DNA of 64,000 nucleotides from Candidatus Omnitrophota bacterium. Its GTDB lineage: Bacteria > Omnitrophota > Gorgyraeia > Zapsychrales > Fredricksoniimonadaceae. The position numbers and the translations under genes are program-made. Location of the stretch: NCBI GenBank assembly GCA_015232565.1, contig JADFZK010000008.1, forward strand, positions 2,580 to 66,579, written 5' to 3'. Position 1 is the first letter of the stretch, and each line of letters starts with the position of its first letter. This document shows, piece after piece, positions 9,907 through 19,987 of this stretch. Under the pieces are notes generated by a model, which worked only from the letters and a program-made list of their open reading frames with translations, did not search any database and was not told the origin of the DNA.

Positions 9907-10728
9907 GTGTCGACACTCAGCGCAGATATTCCCGCGTTACGCTCCAAAGCATTGCAATTTCGTAAAGAGATCCTGGAAACACTGGAAACAGCGGGTTCCG
10001 GCCATCCGGGCGGGTCTTTATCGGCGGTAGAGATCTTTGTTGCGCTTTATGGCGCGGTAATGAACCATCGTCCCAAAGAGCCTCTATGGGAAGGCCGCGA
10101 CCGTTTGGTGGTGTCCAAGGGGCATATTTCACCGGCGGTTTACGTCACGCTGGCCAATTTCGGCTATTTTCCAAAAGAAGAGCTTAAAACCTTTCGCAAG
10201 TTCGGCAGTCGTCTGCAGGGGCATGTGACCAAGAAATTGCCGGGAGTCGAATTTAACACCGGTTCCCTGGGGCATGGCCTTTCCTACGTTAACGGGGTGG
10301 CGATGGCCGCCCGGCTGAAGGGCGCTGATTTTAAGGCTTATTGCCTGATGGGTGACGGCGAGATCCAGGAGGGGTCGGTCTGGGAGGCGGCAATGACTGC
10401 GGCTCATTTTAAGCTGGATAATGTTTGTGCGATCGTTGATTATAACAAGGTGCAGGAAAATGGCCTGGTTAGTGACATAAAGGGCTTGGAACCGCTGGGC
10501 GCCAAGTGGCAGTCTTTTGGCTGGAAGGTGATTACCGTGGATGGCAACGATCTTGCACAGTTGTTGCAGGCTTTCGCGGATTTTAAGGCCGTGAAAGGCC
10601 AACCTACGGTAATTATTGCGAATACCCTTAAAGGTAAGGGTGTTCCGTTCATGGAATTAAAGTCCGCCTGGCATGGCAAGGCTCCTAATAAGGAGCAGTT
10701 GGCCGAGGCGTTAAAGGTGCTCTATTAA
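9907..10728 (+). CDS. tktA: Transketolase, N-terminal (TPP-binding) subunit
   Basis: SGHPGGSLSAVEIFVALY and GDGEIQEGSVWEA motifs. 273 aa, so the split form. Confidence 0.85.
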   Translation: MSTLSADIPALRSKALQFRKEILETLETAGSGHPGGSLSAVEIFVALYGAVMNHRPKEPLWEGRDRLVVSKGHISPAVYVTLANFGYFPKEELKTFRKFGSRLQGHVTKKLPGVEFNTGSLGHGLSYVNGVAMAARLKGADFKAYCLMGDGEIQEGSVWEAAMTAAHFKLDNVCAIVDYNKVQENGLVSDIKGLEPLGAKWQSFGWKVITVDGNDLAQLLQAFADFKAVKGQPTVIIANTLKGKGVPFMELKSAWHGKAPNKEQLAEALKVLY

Positions 10729-10729
10729 T

Positions 10730-11692
10730 ATGGAAATCAAACCTACGCCTACCAGAGACGGGTTCGGTGAAGAGCTGGCCCTTATTGGCAAAGAGAACAA
10801 AAATGTGGTAGTGGTTTCGGCGGACCTGGAAGACGCTACCCGCGCGGAGTATTTTAAAAAGACCGCGGCTGAACGCTTTTTCAGTGTGGGGATTGCCGAG
10901 CAGGACATGATCGGGATGGCGGCCGGGCTGGCCAGTGAAGGCTTTGTCGCGGTGACTAATTCCTTTGCGGTTTTCCTGACCAACCGGGCCTACGACCAGA
11001 TCCGTATGGATGTTTGTTATAACGATCTTAATGTCAAATTATGCGCGACTCATGCCGGCGTAACTGTCGGCGAAGATGGCGCCAGCGCCCAGTGCCTGGA
11101 AGATTTTGCCATTATGCGCGTTTTACCGAACATCAAGGTTATCTGTCCGATGGATACTATTGAGGCTAAAAAGGCCACTCGCTCTATGATCGCCGAGAAA
11201 GGGCCTTTTTATATTCGGCTGTCGCGCGCGCCGCTACCGGTTTTGACGGATGATACTACATTGTTCAAGGTTGGACAGGCGAATGTCGTACGTCAGGGCC
11301 AGGAGGTGGCCATTATCGCATGCGGTGTGATGGTTTCCGAGGCGGTTAATGCGGCCCAGGAGCTGGCAAAAGAAGGCATCAGCGCCCGGGTGGTCAATAT
11401 GCATACGATCAAGCCTTTGGATGTTGATATGGTGATAAAATGTGCCAAAGAAACCGGAGCTATTGTGACCGCTGAAGAGCATCAGGTTATCGGCGGCCTG
11501 GGTAGTGCGGTGGCGGAAGCGGTGGTCCAGAACTGTCCGGTGCCGATGGAGCTGGTGGGAGTGAAAGATTCTTTTGGCCAGACCGGCACACCCGAGCAAT
11601 TATTGCAGTATTACGGCCTTAAGGCAGTTAATATTGTTGAGGCGGTACGGAAGGTGTTGAAAAAGAAAAATTCGCAGTGTGGGCATTGCTGA
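10730..11692 (+). CDS. tktB: Transketolase, C-terminal (pyrimidine-binding) subunit
   Basis: Immediately follows the N-terminal subunit with a 1-nt gap. FFSVGIAEQDMIGMAAGLA motif. Confidence 0.85.
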   Translation: MEIKPTPTRDGFGEELALIGKENKNVVVVSADLEDATRAEYFKKTAAERFFSVGIAEQDMIGMAAGLASEGFVAVTNSFAVFLTNRAYDQIRMDVCYNDLNVKLCATHAGVTVGEDGASAQCLEDFAIMRVLPNIKVICPMDTIEAKKATRSMIAEKGPFYIRLSRAPLPVLTDDTTLFKVGQANVVRQGQEVAIIACGVMVSEAVNAAQELAKEGISARVVNMHTIKPLDVDMVIKCAKETGAIVTAEEHQVIGGLGSAVAEAVVQNCPVPMELVGVKDSFGQTGTPEQLLQYYGLKAVNIVEAVRKVLKKKNSQCGHC

Positions 11693-11700
11693 CTTGTGGA

Positions 11701-12414
11701 TCAGCGGTGATCTTGTTCGATAAAAGTTTTGATATGTAAAGCCGCCTGTTTAGCTCCCGCTGACAGGCGTTTTTTATTATCCGGTGACAGCTGTTCGAAA
11801 AAACGGGTTTTTCCCAGGATATCCGAGATATAAAGCAGGGCCAGCGCTTTTTTCCCGGTTTTGCGGGCGGCCAGGAACAGGGCCGCGCATTCCATTTCAA
11901 TTATATCGGCGTCAAGTTGGTTAAACAGGGCGAGGTGTTTTTCTTCTTCATGGAGAGAGGCAAAACTTACACAGTGGCCGGTGTGAGGCGCCGGTGAAAG
12001 TGTGGCCTGAAAGCGCGCATAAAGGTCGTTGTCGGGGAAGGCGGCTTGCGACTCCGGCAGGCAGTTATTTATGATTGCGCTGATGCTTTCGAAGCCCAGG
12101 GCTGATCGGGGTAGTATCAGGTCCCCGATAGCCAGTGCCAGGGTCTGGTTGATAAGGCCGCAACTTCCCAAAAAGAAAATGTTCGTGCAGGGCGTGGCCT
12201 GCAGATAAAGTACGGCGTCGCCGACAAAGCCTGCGCCAATGCCGGTCTTGATCACGGTGGTTTCCTCGTTACTGGCCGCCGAGAACACTGCGCCCCGGGA
12301 AAGATCCTTGATATCGAAGACTTTTAAAGCTTCGGGCGGGAGGAAGGGCATGAGAACACAATTCTTACGAACTGTGTCTTGAGAGATCCCGAACAACGAT
12401 TTAAACGGTTCCAT
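11701..12414 (-). CDS. PNP/UDP-1 family nucleosidase (MTA/SAH nucleosidase- or futalosine hydrolase-like)
   Basis: KTGIGAGFVGD and catalytic-region IEMECAALFLAA motifs typical of MtnN/MqnB-type nucleosidases. Only substantial minus-strand gene in the first 16 kb. Confidence 0.55.
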   Translation of the reverse strand: MEPFKSLFGISQDTVRKNCVLMPFLPPEALKVFDIKDLSRGAVFSAASNEETTVIKTGIGAGFVGDAVLYLQATPCTNIFFLGSCGLINQTLALAIGDLILPRSALGFESISAIINNCLPESQAAFPDNDLYARFQATLSPAPHTGHCVSFASLHEEEKHLALFNQLDADIIEMECAALFLAARKTGKKALALLYISDILGKTRFFEQLSPDNKKRLSAGAKQAALHIKTFIEQDHR

Positions 12415-12596
12415 ATTTCTCCTTTGCTATATTTATTTTATCATATTAGACTGAAATGTAATTGTGATGGAATTAATTTAGTATTTGTTTAGTAGATCGA
12501 TCGCTTCTCCGCCGGGCCGACACCAGGTCGGCCCCTACGAAAATTATTAATTCTTTCGATTCGCTAAACAAGTGCTTATTTTATTTGAGGTGAGTT

Positions 12597-13493
12597 ATGA
12601 AATATGCGATTTTTCCGGGTACAGAGGAGAAGGTGTCGGTTATCGGTTTGGGTACCTGGGTGTTGGGCGGCGAGAATTGGGGTGGGGCCCGGGAAGAAGA
12701 AAGCCTGGCCGCGGTGGACCAGGCAATACTTTCGGGGATCAATTTTATTGACCTGGCGCCTTTTTATGGCGATGGGTTGGCCGAAACTGTTGTTGGCAAG
12801 GCTATCAAGGGACAGCGGGATAAAGTTTTCCTGGCAACCAAATGCGGGATAATCCGCAGTAATGGCCGGGTGGGGATCTGCCTCTCGCCGGAGTCTATAG
12901 CCAAAGAGCTGGACCTTTCGCGCAAACGGCTGGGGGTGGATGTGATCGATCTATATCAATGCCATTGGCCGGATGATAATGTCCCCGTGGAGAAGACCAT
13001 GGAGGCTTTATTGCATTGGCAGAAGCTTGGTGCTATCCGGCATATCGGTGTTTCCAATTTTGGCCTGGAACTTTTAAAGCGGGCGTGCGCGGCGGCTCCG
13101 GTGCGTACCTTGCAGGTGCAATATTCATTGGTGGAGCGCAAGATCGAGGCGGAATTGCTGCCGTTTTGTATTCAGAATAATATTGGGGTAATTACATATG
13201 GCGCTATGGGCGGCGGGTTTCTGTCGGGGAAGTATCAGAAGAAGCCGCAATTTGATAAAGCGGATGCGAGGCATATGTTTTACAAGTTTTATGATGACCA
13301 GAAATTTAACGACACCATGCGCATAGTAGCAGAAATGAAAAAAAACAAGTTTCCCTTAAGCCAGGTGGCGTTAAACTGGGTGCGCCGGCAAAAAGGCGTC
13401 ATGACTGTTCTGGCGGGATGCCGCAATGCGGCGCAGGCCAAAGAGAATGCCGCGGCGGCGGATTGGGAACTGGAATGGACGTTGCAGGATTAA
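12597..13493 (+). CDS. Aldo/keto reductase family oxidoreductase
   Basis: VIGLGTWVLGG..W, IDLAPFYGDG and LYQCHWPD signature motifs. Confidence 0.8.
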   Translation: MKYAIFPGTEEKVSVIGLGTWVLGGENWGGAREEESLAAVDQAILSGINFIDLAPFYGDGLAETVVGKAIKGQRDKVFLATKCGIIRSNGRVGICLSPESIAKELDLSRKRLGVDVIDLYQCHWPDDNVPVEKTMEALLHWQKLGAIRHIGVSNFGLELLKRACAAAPVRTLQVQYSLVERKIEAELLPFCIQNNIGVITYGAMGGGFLSGKYQKKPQFDKADARHMFYKFYDDQKFNDTMRIVAEMKKNKFPLSQVALNWVRRQKGVMTVLAGCRNAAQAKENAAAADWELEWTLQD

Positions 13494-14806
13494 ATAAAGT
13501 GGTTTTGGCCAGGTTTCCCTCTTTTGGCCCGAACAAGGTCCAGGAGTTGGTGCGCCTGGCTTATGAGATCGCAGTGAGGGACGGCCTGGATTTCGTCACG
13601 GTGGTGAGGAATATTCCGGCCGGCTGTACAGCTTTTTCCGCCGTCAAGGATCACTTGCTTGGCTTGCGTTTTCCGGAAGGCTTGGCGCACGGGATCAGTA
13701 TTAAAGAATCTTTTGCGGCGCTAAAGATAGATATTAATGCGGAATGTGATGTTAAAAGGGCGCGAGTAATTTATCCGAAGAAGATCTTTTTTGAACGCGC
13801 CGTTGAATCTTCGCCGTTGGCAGTCCGCTTGCGGAAGCTGTTTCCGGACAGTGTATACGAGACTATTTCCAGTTACAAGGAACGCTCCGCCGATTTCCTG
13901 GGTGGCCCGGCTGAATTCAACCGGCGCCTGGATAACTTTTTTGTGGTAAAAGAACATTATGACTGTGTGAAGTCCTGCCCATGCACACCGGGAGTGGTTT
14001 CGTGCGGATACCATAACGTCAACTTTGGGTTTGGCTGTCCTTTTGAATGTTCCTATTGCTTCTTGCAAAACTATACCAATTCGCCCGGAATAGTTTTTCC
14101 GGCCAATATAGATGATTTCTTTCAGGCTTTTGCCGGTTATGCGGGGCAGAATATCCGTTTGGGATCGGGTGAAACCGCCGATTCACTGGCGTTCGATCAC
14201 TTGACCGGATTTTCTTCTGGCATTGTGGATTTCTTTAGGTCTTATCCAGGAACTGTTTTTGAATTTAAGACTAAAAGCGATAATGTGGCGGGCTTGTTGG
14301 CGGTAGCGGCGTCGGCCAATATAGTGACTGGCTGGTCGGTAAATCCTCAGGCGGTGATCGAACGCGAAGAGCATTATTCTGCCGGTCTGGCTCGCCGGCT
14401 GGCTGCGGCCCGGAGTTGCGCCGCGGCGGGATATCGCACTGCTTTTCATTTTGATCCGGTATTTTATTATCCCGGATGGCAGGCCGATTATGCTTTGGTT
14501 GTGGAGGACATTTTTCGGGCGGTGCCCAGGGACAGTATGGCCTGGATCAGCCTGGGGACTTTGCGCATGACAGTAAGACAAAAGAAAATGATTGAAAACC
14601 GCTTCCCGCTGAATACAATTCTCTCTGCCGAACTGCTGACTGCACCCGATGGCAAGGTGCGGTATCATGATTTTGTCCGGGTGGAGGTTTACCGTTTCCT
14701 TTTGTCTTTATTGCGGGGGCGGGCGCCGAAGGTCCCGGTGTATTTGTGTATGGAGCCGGCGGAGATCTGGCGGGAAGCGGGTCTTGATTCAAGGTGTGTG
14801 TTTTGA
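13475..14806 (+). CDS. Radical SAM protein, spore-photoproduct-lyase (SplB)-like family
   Basis: CPFECSYCFL (CxxxCxxC) in an SPL-like context. The ORF track starts at 13418 but overlaps the upstream AKR by 76 nt. Met at 13475 chosen as the likely start. Confidence 0.55.
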   Translation: MDVAGLNKVVLARFPSFGPNKVQELVRLAYEIAVRDGLDFVTVVRNIPAGCTAFSAVKDHLLGLRFPEGLAHGISIKESFAALKIDINAECDVKRARVIYPKKIFFERAVESSPLAVRLRKLFPDSVYETISSYKERSADFLGGPAEFNRRLDNFFVVKEHYDCVKSCPCTPGVVSCGYHNVNFGFGCPFECSYCFLQNYTNSPGIVFPANIDDFFQAFAGYAGQNIRLGSGETADSLAFDHLTGFSSGIVDFFRSYPGTVFEFKTKSDNVAGLLAVAASANIVTGWSVNPQAVIEREEHYSAGLARRLAAARSCAAAGYRTAFHFDPVFYYPGWQADYALVVEDIFRAVPRDSMAWISLGTLRMTVRQKKMIENRFPLNTILSAELLTAPDGKVRYHDFVRVEVYRFLLSLLRGRAPKVPVYLCMEPAEIWREAGLDSRCVF

Positions 14807-14827
14807 CCTTATTAAGCGGGGGAGTGG

Positions 14828-15379
14828 ATGGACTATAAAAAGATACTGCTTTTCGGTTCGGTCGCCGTGGCTATTTTGGGTATGGCCTGGTTTGCCTGGA
14901 CTATTATTTACGATTCCATGACTTACGCCGTCTATTCCAATGACAAAGAAGGTATTGCCATGAAGTATCCCAAGGGTTGGAAGCTTATTCCTAATCCTGA
15001 TACCGGGGCGATGGTGGCCATGGTTAAGCCTAAAGAAAATCCTTTGATCCTGTTCCAGGCCAATTGGAATATTTCGTCTACCAGACTGTCGGTGCCGCTT
15101 ACCCTCGACCAGTATGTAACTGCCGCTAATGCGCAGGTGCAGTTTATGTTCAAGGATGCCAAGGCTACCGCATCTCCGATAAAGCTTTCCGGGCATGAAG
15201 GGCGGCAGATCGTTTACATTAACAATGAAGAAGGCGGGATGGTCCTGATCTGTTATGTTTTTATTTACCAGGGCTCCGCGTACAATATAACCTACATGGA
15301 TTTCAAGGAATCTTACCTTGATCCCAAAAAACGTAAAGCGATCACGGATGTGATCCGTTCGCTGAAAGTGAAATTCTAA
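14828..15379 (+). CDS. Hypothetical membrane-anchored protein (PsbP/DcrB-like fold guess)
   Basis: 183 aa. One N-terminal TM helix. No motif recognised. Confidence 0.45.
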   Translation: MDYKKILLFGSVAVAILGMAWFAWTIIYDSMTYAVYSNDKEGIAMKYPKGWKLIPNPDTGAMVAMVKPKENPLILFQANWNISSTRLSVPLTLDQYVTAANAQVQFMFKDAKATASPIKLSGHEGRQIVYINNEEGGMVLICYVFIYQGSAYNITYMDFKESYLDPKKRKAITDVIRSLKVKF

Positions 15380-16422
15380 TGCCAGAATCAATGCCCAAAG
15401 AAACGCCGCTTTGCCAGTTTTTTGGTCAGTGCGGCGGCTGCCAGTATCAGGATATCCCTTACGCCGAGGAATTGGAACGCAAAGGCGCGGCGTTTAAAGA
15501 GGCCCTTGCGGCCCGGATCGATATTGCTTCCTGGGATATAAAGCCGGTGGTGGCTTCACCCAAAGTGTACCATTACCGCAATCGCCTCGATCTTAAACTG
15601 GTCAGGACGCGCAAAGGCACTATTCACGTGGGTTATTCACCGGCGTCCAAAGGGCAGATCCTGGAGATCGAACGCTGTCCTATCGGGATGGAAAAGATCG
15701 CGGATTATATTATTCAGTTGCGGGCGGATGCTTCGGCCAATTTGCCCGAGAAATACCGTATGGCCAATCTTACCTTGCGCTGCGGAGACGGAGACAAGGT
15801 GTTTTGGGGCGGGATCGGGCGTAAATCCAATCATTTAAGCCCGGAGAATTATTTTTATTTCAGTTTCCAGGGGAAAAAGATCCATTACTCTTTGGATACT
15901 TTTTTTCAGGCTAATCTATCCATACTTCCGCTTTTGGCGGAGCAAATGCGTGCTTTGCCCATCTGGTCGAAAGAAGTGGTGGTTTTTGACCTTTACGGCG
16001 GGGTGGGCCTGTTGGGTTTGATGGTCCATGACCTGGTGAAAGGCGTGATCAATATCGAGGAAAACACTCACGCGGTCAGTGTGGCGGACTATAACGTGAA
16101 GTCCAATAGCATCGAAAATGTGGCGACCCTTGAGGGCCGGGTGGAGAATGTGTTGCCTGGCTTGCTGGATCAGCTGGATTGTGCCGACAATATAGTTATT
16201 GTTGATCCGCCGCGAGCCGGGTTAACCGAGAAGGCGGTGGCCAATATAATCGGCTTGACCAAGGTGCGGCATCTTTTGTATTTGTCTTGTAACCCTGAAA
16301 CTCTGGCGGCTAATCTGTCCGGCTTAATGGCCGGTGGGTGGGCGGTGGCTTTTGTTCAGCCTTTTGACTTTTTTCCGCGGACCCGGCATTTGGAGGCTTT
16401 GGTCTTGTTATCCAGAAAGTGA
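15379..16422 (+). CDS. rlmD: 23S rRNA (uracil-C5)-methyltransferase RlmD/RumA family
   Basis: N-terminal Fe-S Cys cluster (CQFFGQCGGCQYQ). SAM-binding fold (VVFDLYGGVGLLG). Catalytic region DPPRAG. Confidence 0.75.
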   Translation: MPESMPKETPLCQFFGQCGGCQYQDIPYAEELERKGAAFKEALAARIDIASWDIKPVVASPKVYHYRNRLDLKLVRTRKGTIHVGYSPASKGQILEIERCPIGMEKIADYIIQLRADASANLPEKYRMANLTLRCGDGDKVFWGGIGRKSNHLSPENYFYFSFQGKKIHYSLDTFFQANLSILPLLAEQMRALPIWSKEVVVFDLYGGVGLLGLMVHDLVKGVINIEENTHAVSVADYNVKSNSIENVATLEGRVENVLPGLLDQLDCADNIVIVDPPRAGLTEKAVANIIGLTKVRHLLYLSCNPETLAANLSGLMAGGWAVAFVQPFDFFPRTRHLEALVLLSRK

Positions 16423-16426
16423 GCGG

Positions 16427-17062
16427 CTAACCGGTCAGATCGAGGAATTCGGCTTCGGTTTGACAGGCCAGAAAAGGGTTGGTTCTTTTTAAGTTGCCCA
16501 GGCGTTCCCGGGTGGAATCTCCGTAATTATGCCCCGGCCAGATAATGGTTTCGTCGGGCAGTTGTTTTATCTTTTGCAGGCTTTTATAAAGCGCTCTTGC
16601 GCTTCCTCCGGGCAGGTCGGTTCGGCCGATCGCCTCTACAAACAAAGTGTCCCCGGTAAACAGATTGCCTTCCACGTAAAAACACATACAGCCCGGAGTA
16701 TGTCCGGGAGTTGACAGGCTGGTGATGGGGATGGTTCCTGTGGTAAGCTGGGCCTGGTCAGATATGCGTTGCAGTGTTTTGCAGGCCGGGATATAAAGCA
16801 GGAATTCGTCTTTGGATAAAAAGACCGGCAGATGCATTTTGTCGGAGTAATATTTTAAACCTCCGGTATGGTCGTAATGTCCGTGGGTAAGAAGGACCGA
16901 GGTCACTTTAAGCCCGGCTTTGGCCGCGGCTTGCTCTATTTGCGCAGTGTCATCATTGGGGTCGACCACTGCGGCCTGGCCGCAGGACAAGTCGCCGATA
17001 AGGTAACTGAAGTTGGCCATACCGCCCAGTTCCATTTGTTCCAGGTAGATTTTGTTTTTCAT
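16427..17062 (-). CDS. MBL-fold metallo-hydrolase (glyoxalase II-like)
   Basis: LLTHGHYDHTGG metal-binding motif. 211 aa. Confidence 0.75.
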   Translation of the reverse strand: MKNKIYLEQMELGGMANFSYLIGDLSCGQAAVVDPNDDTAQIEQAAAKAGLKVTSVLLTHGHYDHTGGLKYYSDKMHLPVFLSKDEFLLYIPACKTLQRISDQAQLTTGTIPITSLSTPGHTPGCMCFYVEGNLFTGDTLFVEAIGRTDLPGGSARALYKSLQKIKQLPDETIIWPGHNYGDSTRERLGNLKRTNPFLACQTEAEFLDLTG

Positions 17063-17123
17063 ATGTAAGGGATATACTATAATGACGACGAAGATTAAGC
17101 AAGCTGGCTGAAAATAATTTTCT

Positions 17124-17717
17124 TTGGCGGTACTAAATCAAGTTTATGGAAGGAGTACTATGGCATTGCTTGAATCGATCAAGGTTCCTTTGGGATCTCT
17201 TTTGCCTGCGTTTGAATTAAAGGATCCTGACGGACGGTGTTTTAAGAGTGAGGGACTGGCGGGCGAGAGGGGCCTGTTGGTGGTCTTTACTTGTAACCAT
17301 TGCCCCTATGCCCAGGCGGTCTGGCCGCGCGTGATCCGGCTGGGGGAGTATGCCAAAGGGATGCGCGTGGGCGTAGTGGATATCAATCCGAACATTAATC
17401 CGGATTATCCCGATGATTCTCCGGAGAAAATGCGCGCCAGGATCCAGGAACTGGCCATACCTTTTCCGTACCTGGTTGACGAGGGGCAGTTGGTGGCCAG
17501 AACTTTTAAAGCCCAGTGTACTCCGGATATTTTCCTTTATAACAACAAGCGGGAATTGGTATATCATGGTCGCATTGATGATAACTGGAAAGATGAGTCG
17601 GCTGTTACTCGAGAAGATCTGAAAGAAGCCATGAATAATATGGTGAGCGGCCTGCCGCAGGAAAAGCGGCAATATCCTTCAATGGGTTGTTCAATAAAGT
17701 GGAATTCAATTGCTTAA
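17124..17717 (+). CDS. Thioredoxin-fold protein (putative thiol-disulfide oxidoreductase)
   Basis: FTCNHCPY redox-type CxxC within thioredoxin-like spacing. 197 aa. Confidence 0.55.
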   Translation: MAVLNQVYGRSTMALLESIKVPLGSLLPAFELKDPDGRCFKSEGLAGERGLLVVFTCNHCPYAQAVWPRVIRLGEYAKGMRVGVVDINPNINPDYPDDSPEKMRARIQELAIPFPYLVDEGQLVARTFKAQCTPDIFLYNNKRELVYHGRIDDNWKDESAVTREDLKEAMNNMVSGLPQEKRQYPSMGCSIKWNSIA

Positions 17718-19014
17718 AAGCCGTCAGGAACAGTTAAACGAAAAAAGTGTGGTGCAGATCCCGTCCGGAGCCGGGTTCTGGCGCAAGTTTCTGGCTTTTT
17801 TCGGGCCGGGGCTTTTGATCGCGGTTGGTTATATGGATCCCGGCAATTGGGCTACCGATCTGGCCGCCGGGGCTCAATTCGGTTATACCTTGCTGGTGGT
17901 GGTCTTATGCTCTAATCTTCTGGCAATTCTTTTTCAGTACCTGGCGTTAAAGTTGGGTATTGTTACGGGTAGTGATCTGGCCCAGGCTTGCCGCAATAAC
18001 TATTCCCGTCCGGTAACGCTGATCCTGTGGTTTCTTTGTGAAATAGCCATTATTGCCTGTGACCTGGCGGAGGTAATTGGCTCGGCGGTAGCGCTGAATT
18101 TATTGTTTGGTCTTCCGCTTGTAGCCGGCATTGTTATTACCGGGCTGGATGTTTTTGTGATCCTGGCTCTGCAAAACAAAGGCTTTCGCAGTCTTGAGGT
18201 TGTTATCGGCGGATTGATAACGATAATTGCCGGTGTTTTTATCTATGAATTAGTAGTGGCGCGTCCGGAGTGGGGCGCGGTGGCGGCGGGGCTTATGCCG
18301 AGGGTCGATATTGTAGTGAATCCTGCCATGTTGTATGTGTCGATCGGTATCCTGGGGGCGACAGTTATGCCGCACAATCTGTATTTGCATTCCAGTATTG
18401 TTCAGACTCGGGCGTTTCGGCGGGATGATAACGGGCGGTCAATGGCAATCAAGTTTGCAACTTTTGATACCTTGGCCTCTCTTGGGGTGGCTTTCTTTAT
18501 AAACGCGGCTATTTTGGTGCTAAGTGCGGCGGCTTTTCATGGTACCGTCAATCAGAATGTGGCTGATATTTCGGATGCCTATCGTTTGCTGGCGCCAACT
18601 TTGGGGGCGGCTCTGGCCAGTGTTTTATTTGCGGTGGCTTTGTTGGCTTCGGGGCAAAGTTCTACGATGACCGGGACTTTGGCCGGGCAGATAGTCATGG
18701 AAGGATTTCTGGATATTCGTTTGCGGCCCTGGGTAAGGCGGATCATTACCCGGTCTTTGGCCATTATACCGGCGGTGTGTGTGGCGCTGTGGCTGGGGCC
18801 ACGGGGTATTGGGCAGATGCTGGTTCTTAGTCAGGTTATATTGTCATTTCAATTGGCGTTTGCGGTTATCCCTTTGGTCATGTTTACCAGTGACCCTGGT
18901 TTGATGGGGCGTTTTGTGAATGGAACGATTATTAAGATCCTGGGATGGGCGGGTTGCGGGCTGATAGTTATTTTGAACCTTTATTTGATCTTGCAGGCGG
19001 TGAGAAATGTATAA
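17710..19014 (+). CDS. mntH: Nramp-family divalent metal (Mn2+/Fe2+) transporter MntH
   Basis: GPGLLIAVGYMDPGNWATDLAAGAQFGY and MPHNLYLHSS motifs. 11-12 TM. Confidence 0.85.
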   Translation: MLKSRQEQLNEKSVVQIPSGAGFWRKFLAFFGPGLLIAVGYMDPGNWATDLAAGAQFGYTLLVVVLCSNLLAILFQYLALKLGIVTGSDLAQACRNNYSRPVTLILWFLCEIAIIACDLAEVIGSAVALNLLFGLPLVAGIVITGLDVFVILALQNKGFRSLEVVIGGLITIIAGVFIYELVVARPEWGAVAAGLMPRVDIVVNPAMLYVSIGILGATVMPHNLYLHSSIVQTRAFRRDDNGRSMAIKFATFDTLASLGVAFFINAAILVLSAAAFHGTVNQNVADISDAYRLLAPTLGAALASVLFAVALLASGQSSTMTGTLAGQIVMEGFLDIRLRPWVRRIITRSLAIIPAVCVALWLGPRGIGQMLVLSQVILSFQLAFAVIPLVMFTSDPGLMGRFVNGTIIKILGWAGCGLIVILNLYLILQAVRNV

Positions 19015-19429
19015 AAAGATCCTGGTGCCCTTGGATATTTCCAAGACTGATGAGACTATTCTTGCTCATATCAGGCCTTTGGCCCGGTTTACCGGTGCGT
19101 CGTTGGTGTTGGTACATGTTTCGGACGGTTTTGCCGCGCGCCTGCAGGGGCAGTTGAACCTGGCGGATTCGCCGGAAGTGTGTCAGGACCGGGCGGCCTT
19201 GGATGCGGCCGCTGGTAAATTGCAGGAAGAGGGGTTTAATGCGCATTGTCATTTGCTGACCGGCGATCCGGTGGAAGGCATTCTGGGCCTGGTAGCGGAG
19301 GAGAAATGCGACCTGATCGCTATGGCCACGCATGGCCACAATAACATTGCCGACTGGTTCTTTGGCAGTGTGTCCGACGGTTTAAGGCACCGGACCAGTA
19401 TACCCATACTTATGATAAGAGCCAGATAG
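19007..19429 (+). CDS. Universal stress protein (UspA family)
   Basis: 140 aa. MYKKILVPLD start and C-terminal ATP-binding-type G..HG.....GSV motif (MATHGHNNIADWFFGSVS). Confidence 0.7.
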   Translation: MYKKILVPLDISKTDETILAHIRPLARFTGASLVLVHVSDGFAARLQGQLNLADSPEVCQDRAALDAAAGKLQEEGFNAHCHLLTGDPVEGILGLVAEEKCDLIAMATHGHNNIADWFFGSVSDGLRHRTSIPILMIRAR

Positions 19430-19500
19430 CGGGGTGTTTTTTTAGGTTTTCTTTTTAATTTGTTTTTTAAAATCTTTTTGCTATGATACGTTCCTTATTC

Positions 19501-19577
19501 GGGTCGGTAGCTCAGTTTGGGAGAGCGCCTCGTTCGCAATGAGGAGGTCGTGGGTTCGATCCCCATCCGATCCACCA
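19501..19577 (+). tRNA. tRNA-Ala (anticodon CGC)
   Basis: Hand-folded. Acceptor GGGTCGG/CCGATCC contains the Ala identity pair G3:U70. Anticodon loop TTCGCAA. T-arm GGTTCGATCC. Encoded CCA. Confidence 0.8.
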
Positions 19578-19592
19578 TCTATCTTCCACTAG

Positions 19593-19839
19593 AAAAACAC
19601 CTCCTACCAGAAATGGCGGAGGTGTTTTTCCTTTTTAGGGAAGATAGATGGTGCCCCGGAAAGGCTCCGCCCTTTCCGGGGCTCGTTGGTTTATGACTTA
19701 AAATAACTTACCAGAAATGGCGGAGGTGTTTTTCCTTTTTAGGGAAGATAGATGGTGCCCCGGAAAGGCTCCGCCCTTTCCGGGGCTCGTTGGTTCATGA
19801 CTTAAAATCACTAACCAGAAATGGCGGAGGTGTTTTTCA
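19593..19839 (+). repeat. Tandem 104-bp repeat (about 2.25 copies) built from two strong terminator-like hairpins
   Basis: Unit ACCAGAAATGGCGGAGGTGTTTTTCCTTTTTAGGGAAGATAGATGGTGCCCCGGAAAGGCTCCGCCCTTTCCGGGGCTCGTTGGTT[T/C]ATGACTTAAAAT[A/C]ACT[T/A] starts at 19606, 19710 and 19814 (partial). Hairpin 1 AAAACACCTCC/GGAGGTGTTTT is followed by a T-run. Hairpin 2 CCCCGGAAAGG/CCTTTCCGGGG. The sequence just 3' of the tRNA (ATCTATCTTCC) is the reverse complement of GGAAGATAGAT inside each unit. Confidence 0.85.
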
Positions 19840-19987
19840 TTTATTGCGGTTTTTCCATCCTGTTCTACGACGTTACTACTATCCATCAGAAATTCACATA
19901 AATAACGGTTTTTCAGACATATATTGATAAGCACGGTTTGCCTTGATACATTAACATTGCAAAATCAATTGAAAGGAAACAATTACC

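Noticed and set aside
13418-13474. Upstream extension of the radical SAM ORF overlapping the AKR gene by 76 nt
   Set aside because: The Gly/Arg-rich extension looks like out-of-frame read-through of the AKR 3' end. Met at 13475 gives a cleaner start.
19593-19839. Tandem repeat considered as a CRISPR array
   Set aside because: Period is 104 bp with no unique spacers and only 2.25 copies. Units are near-identical end-to-end. No cas genes nearby.
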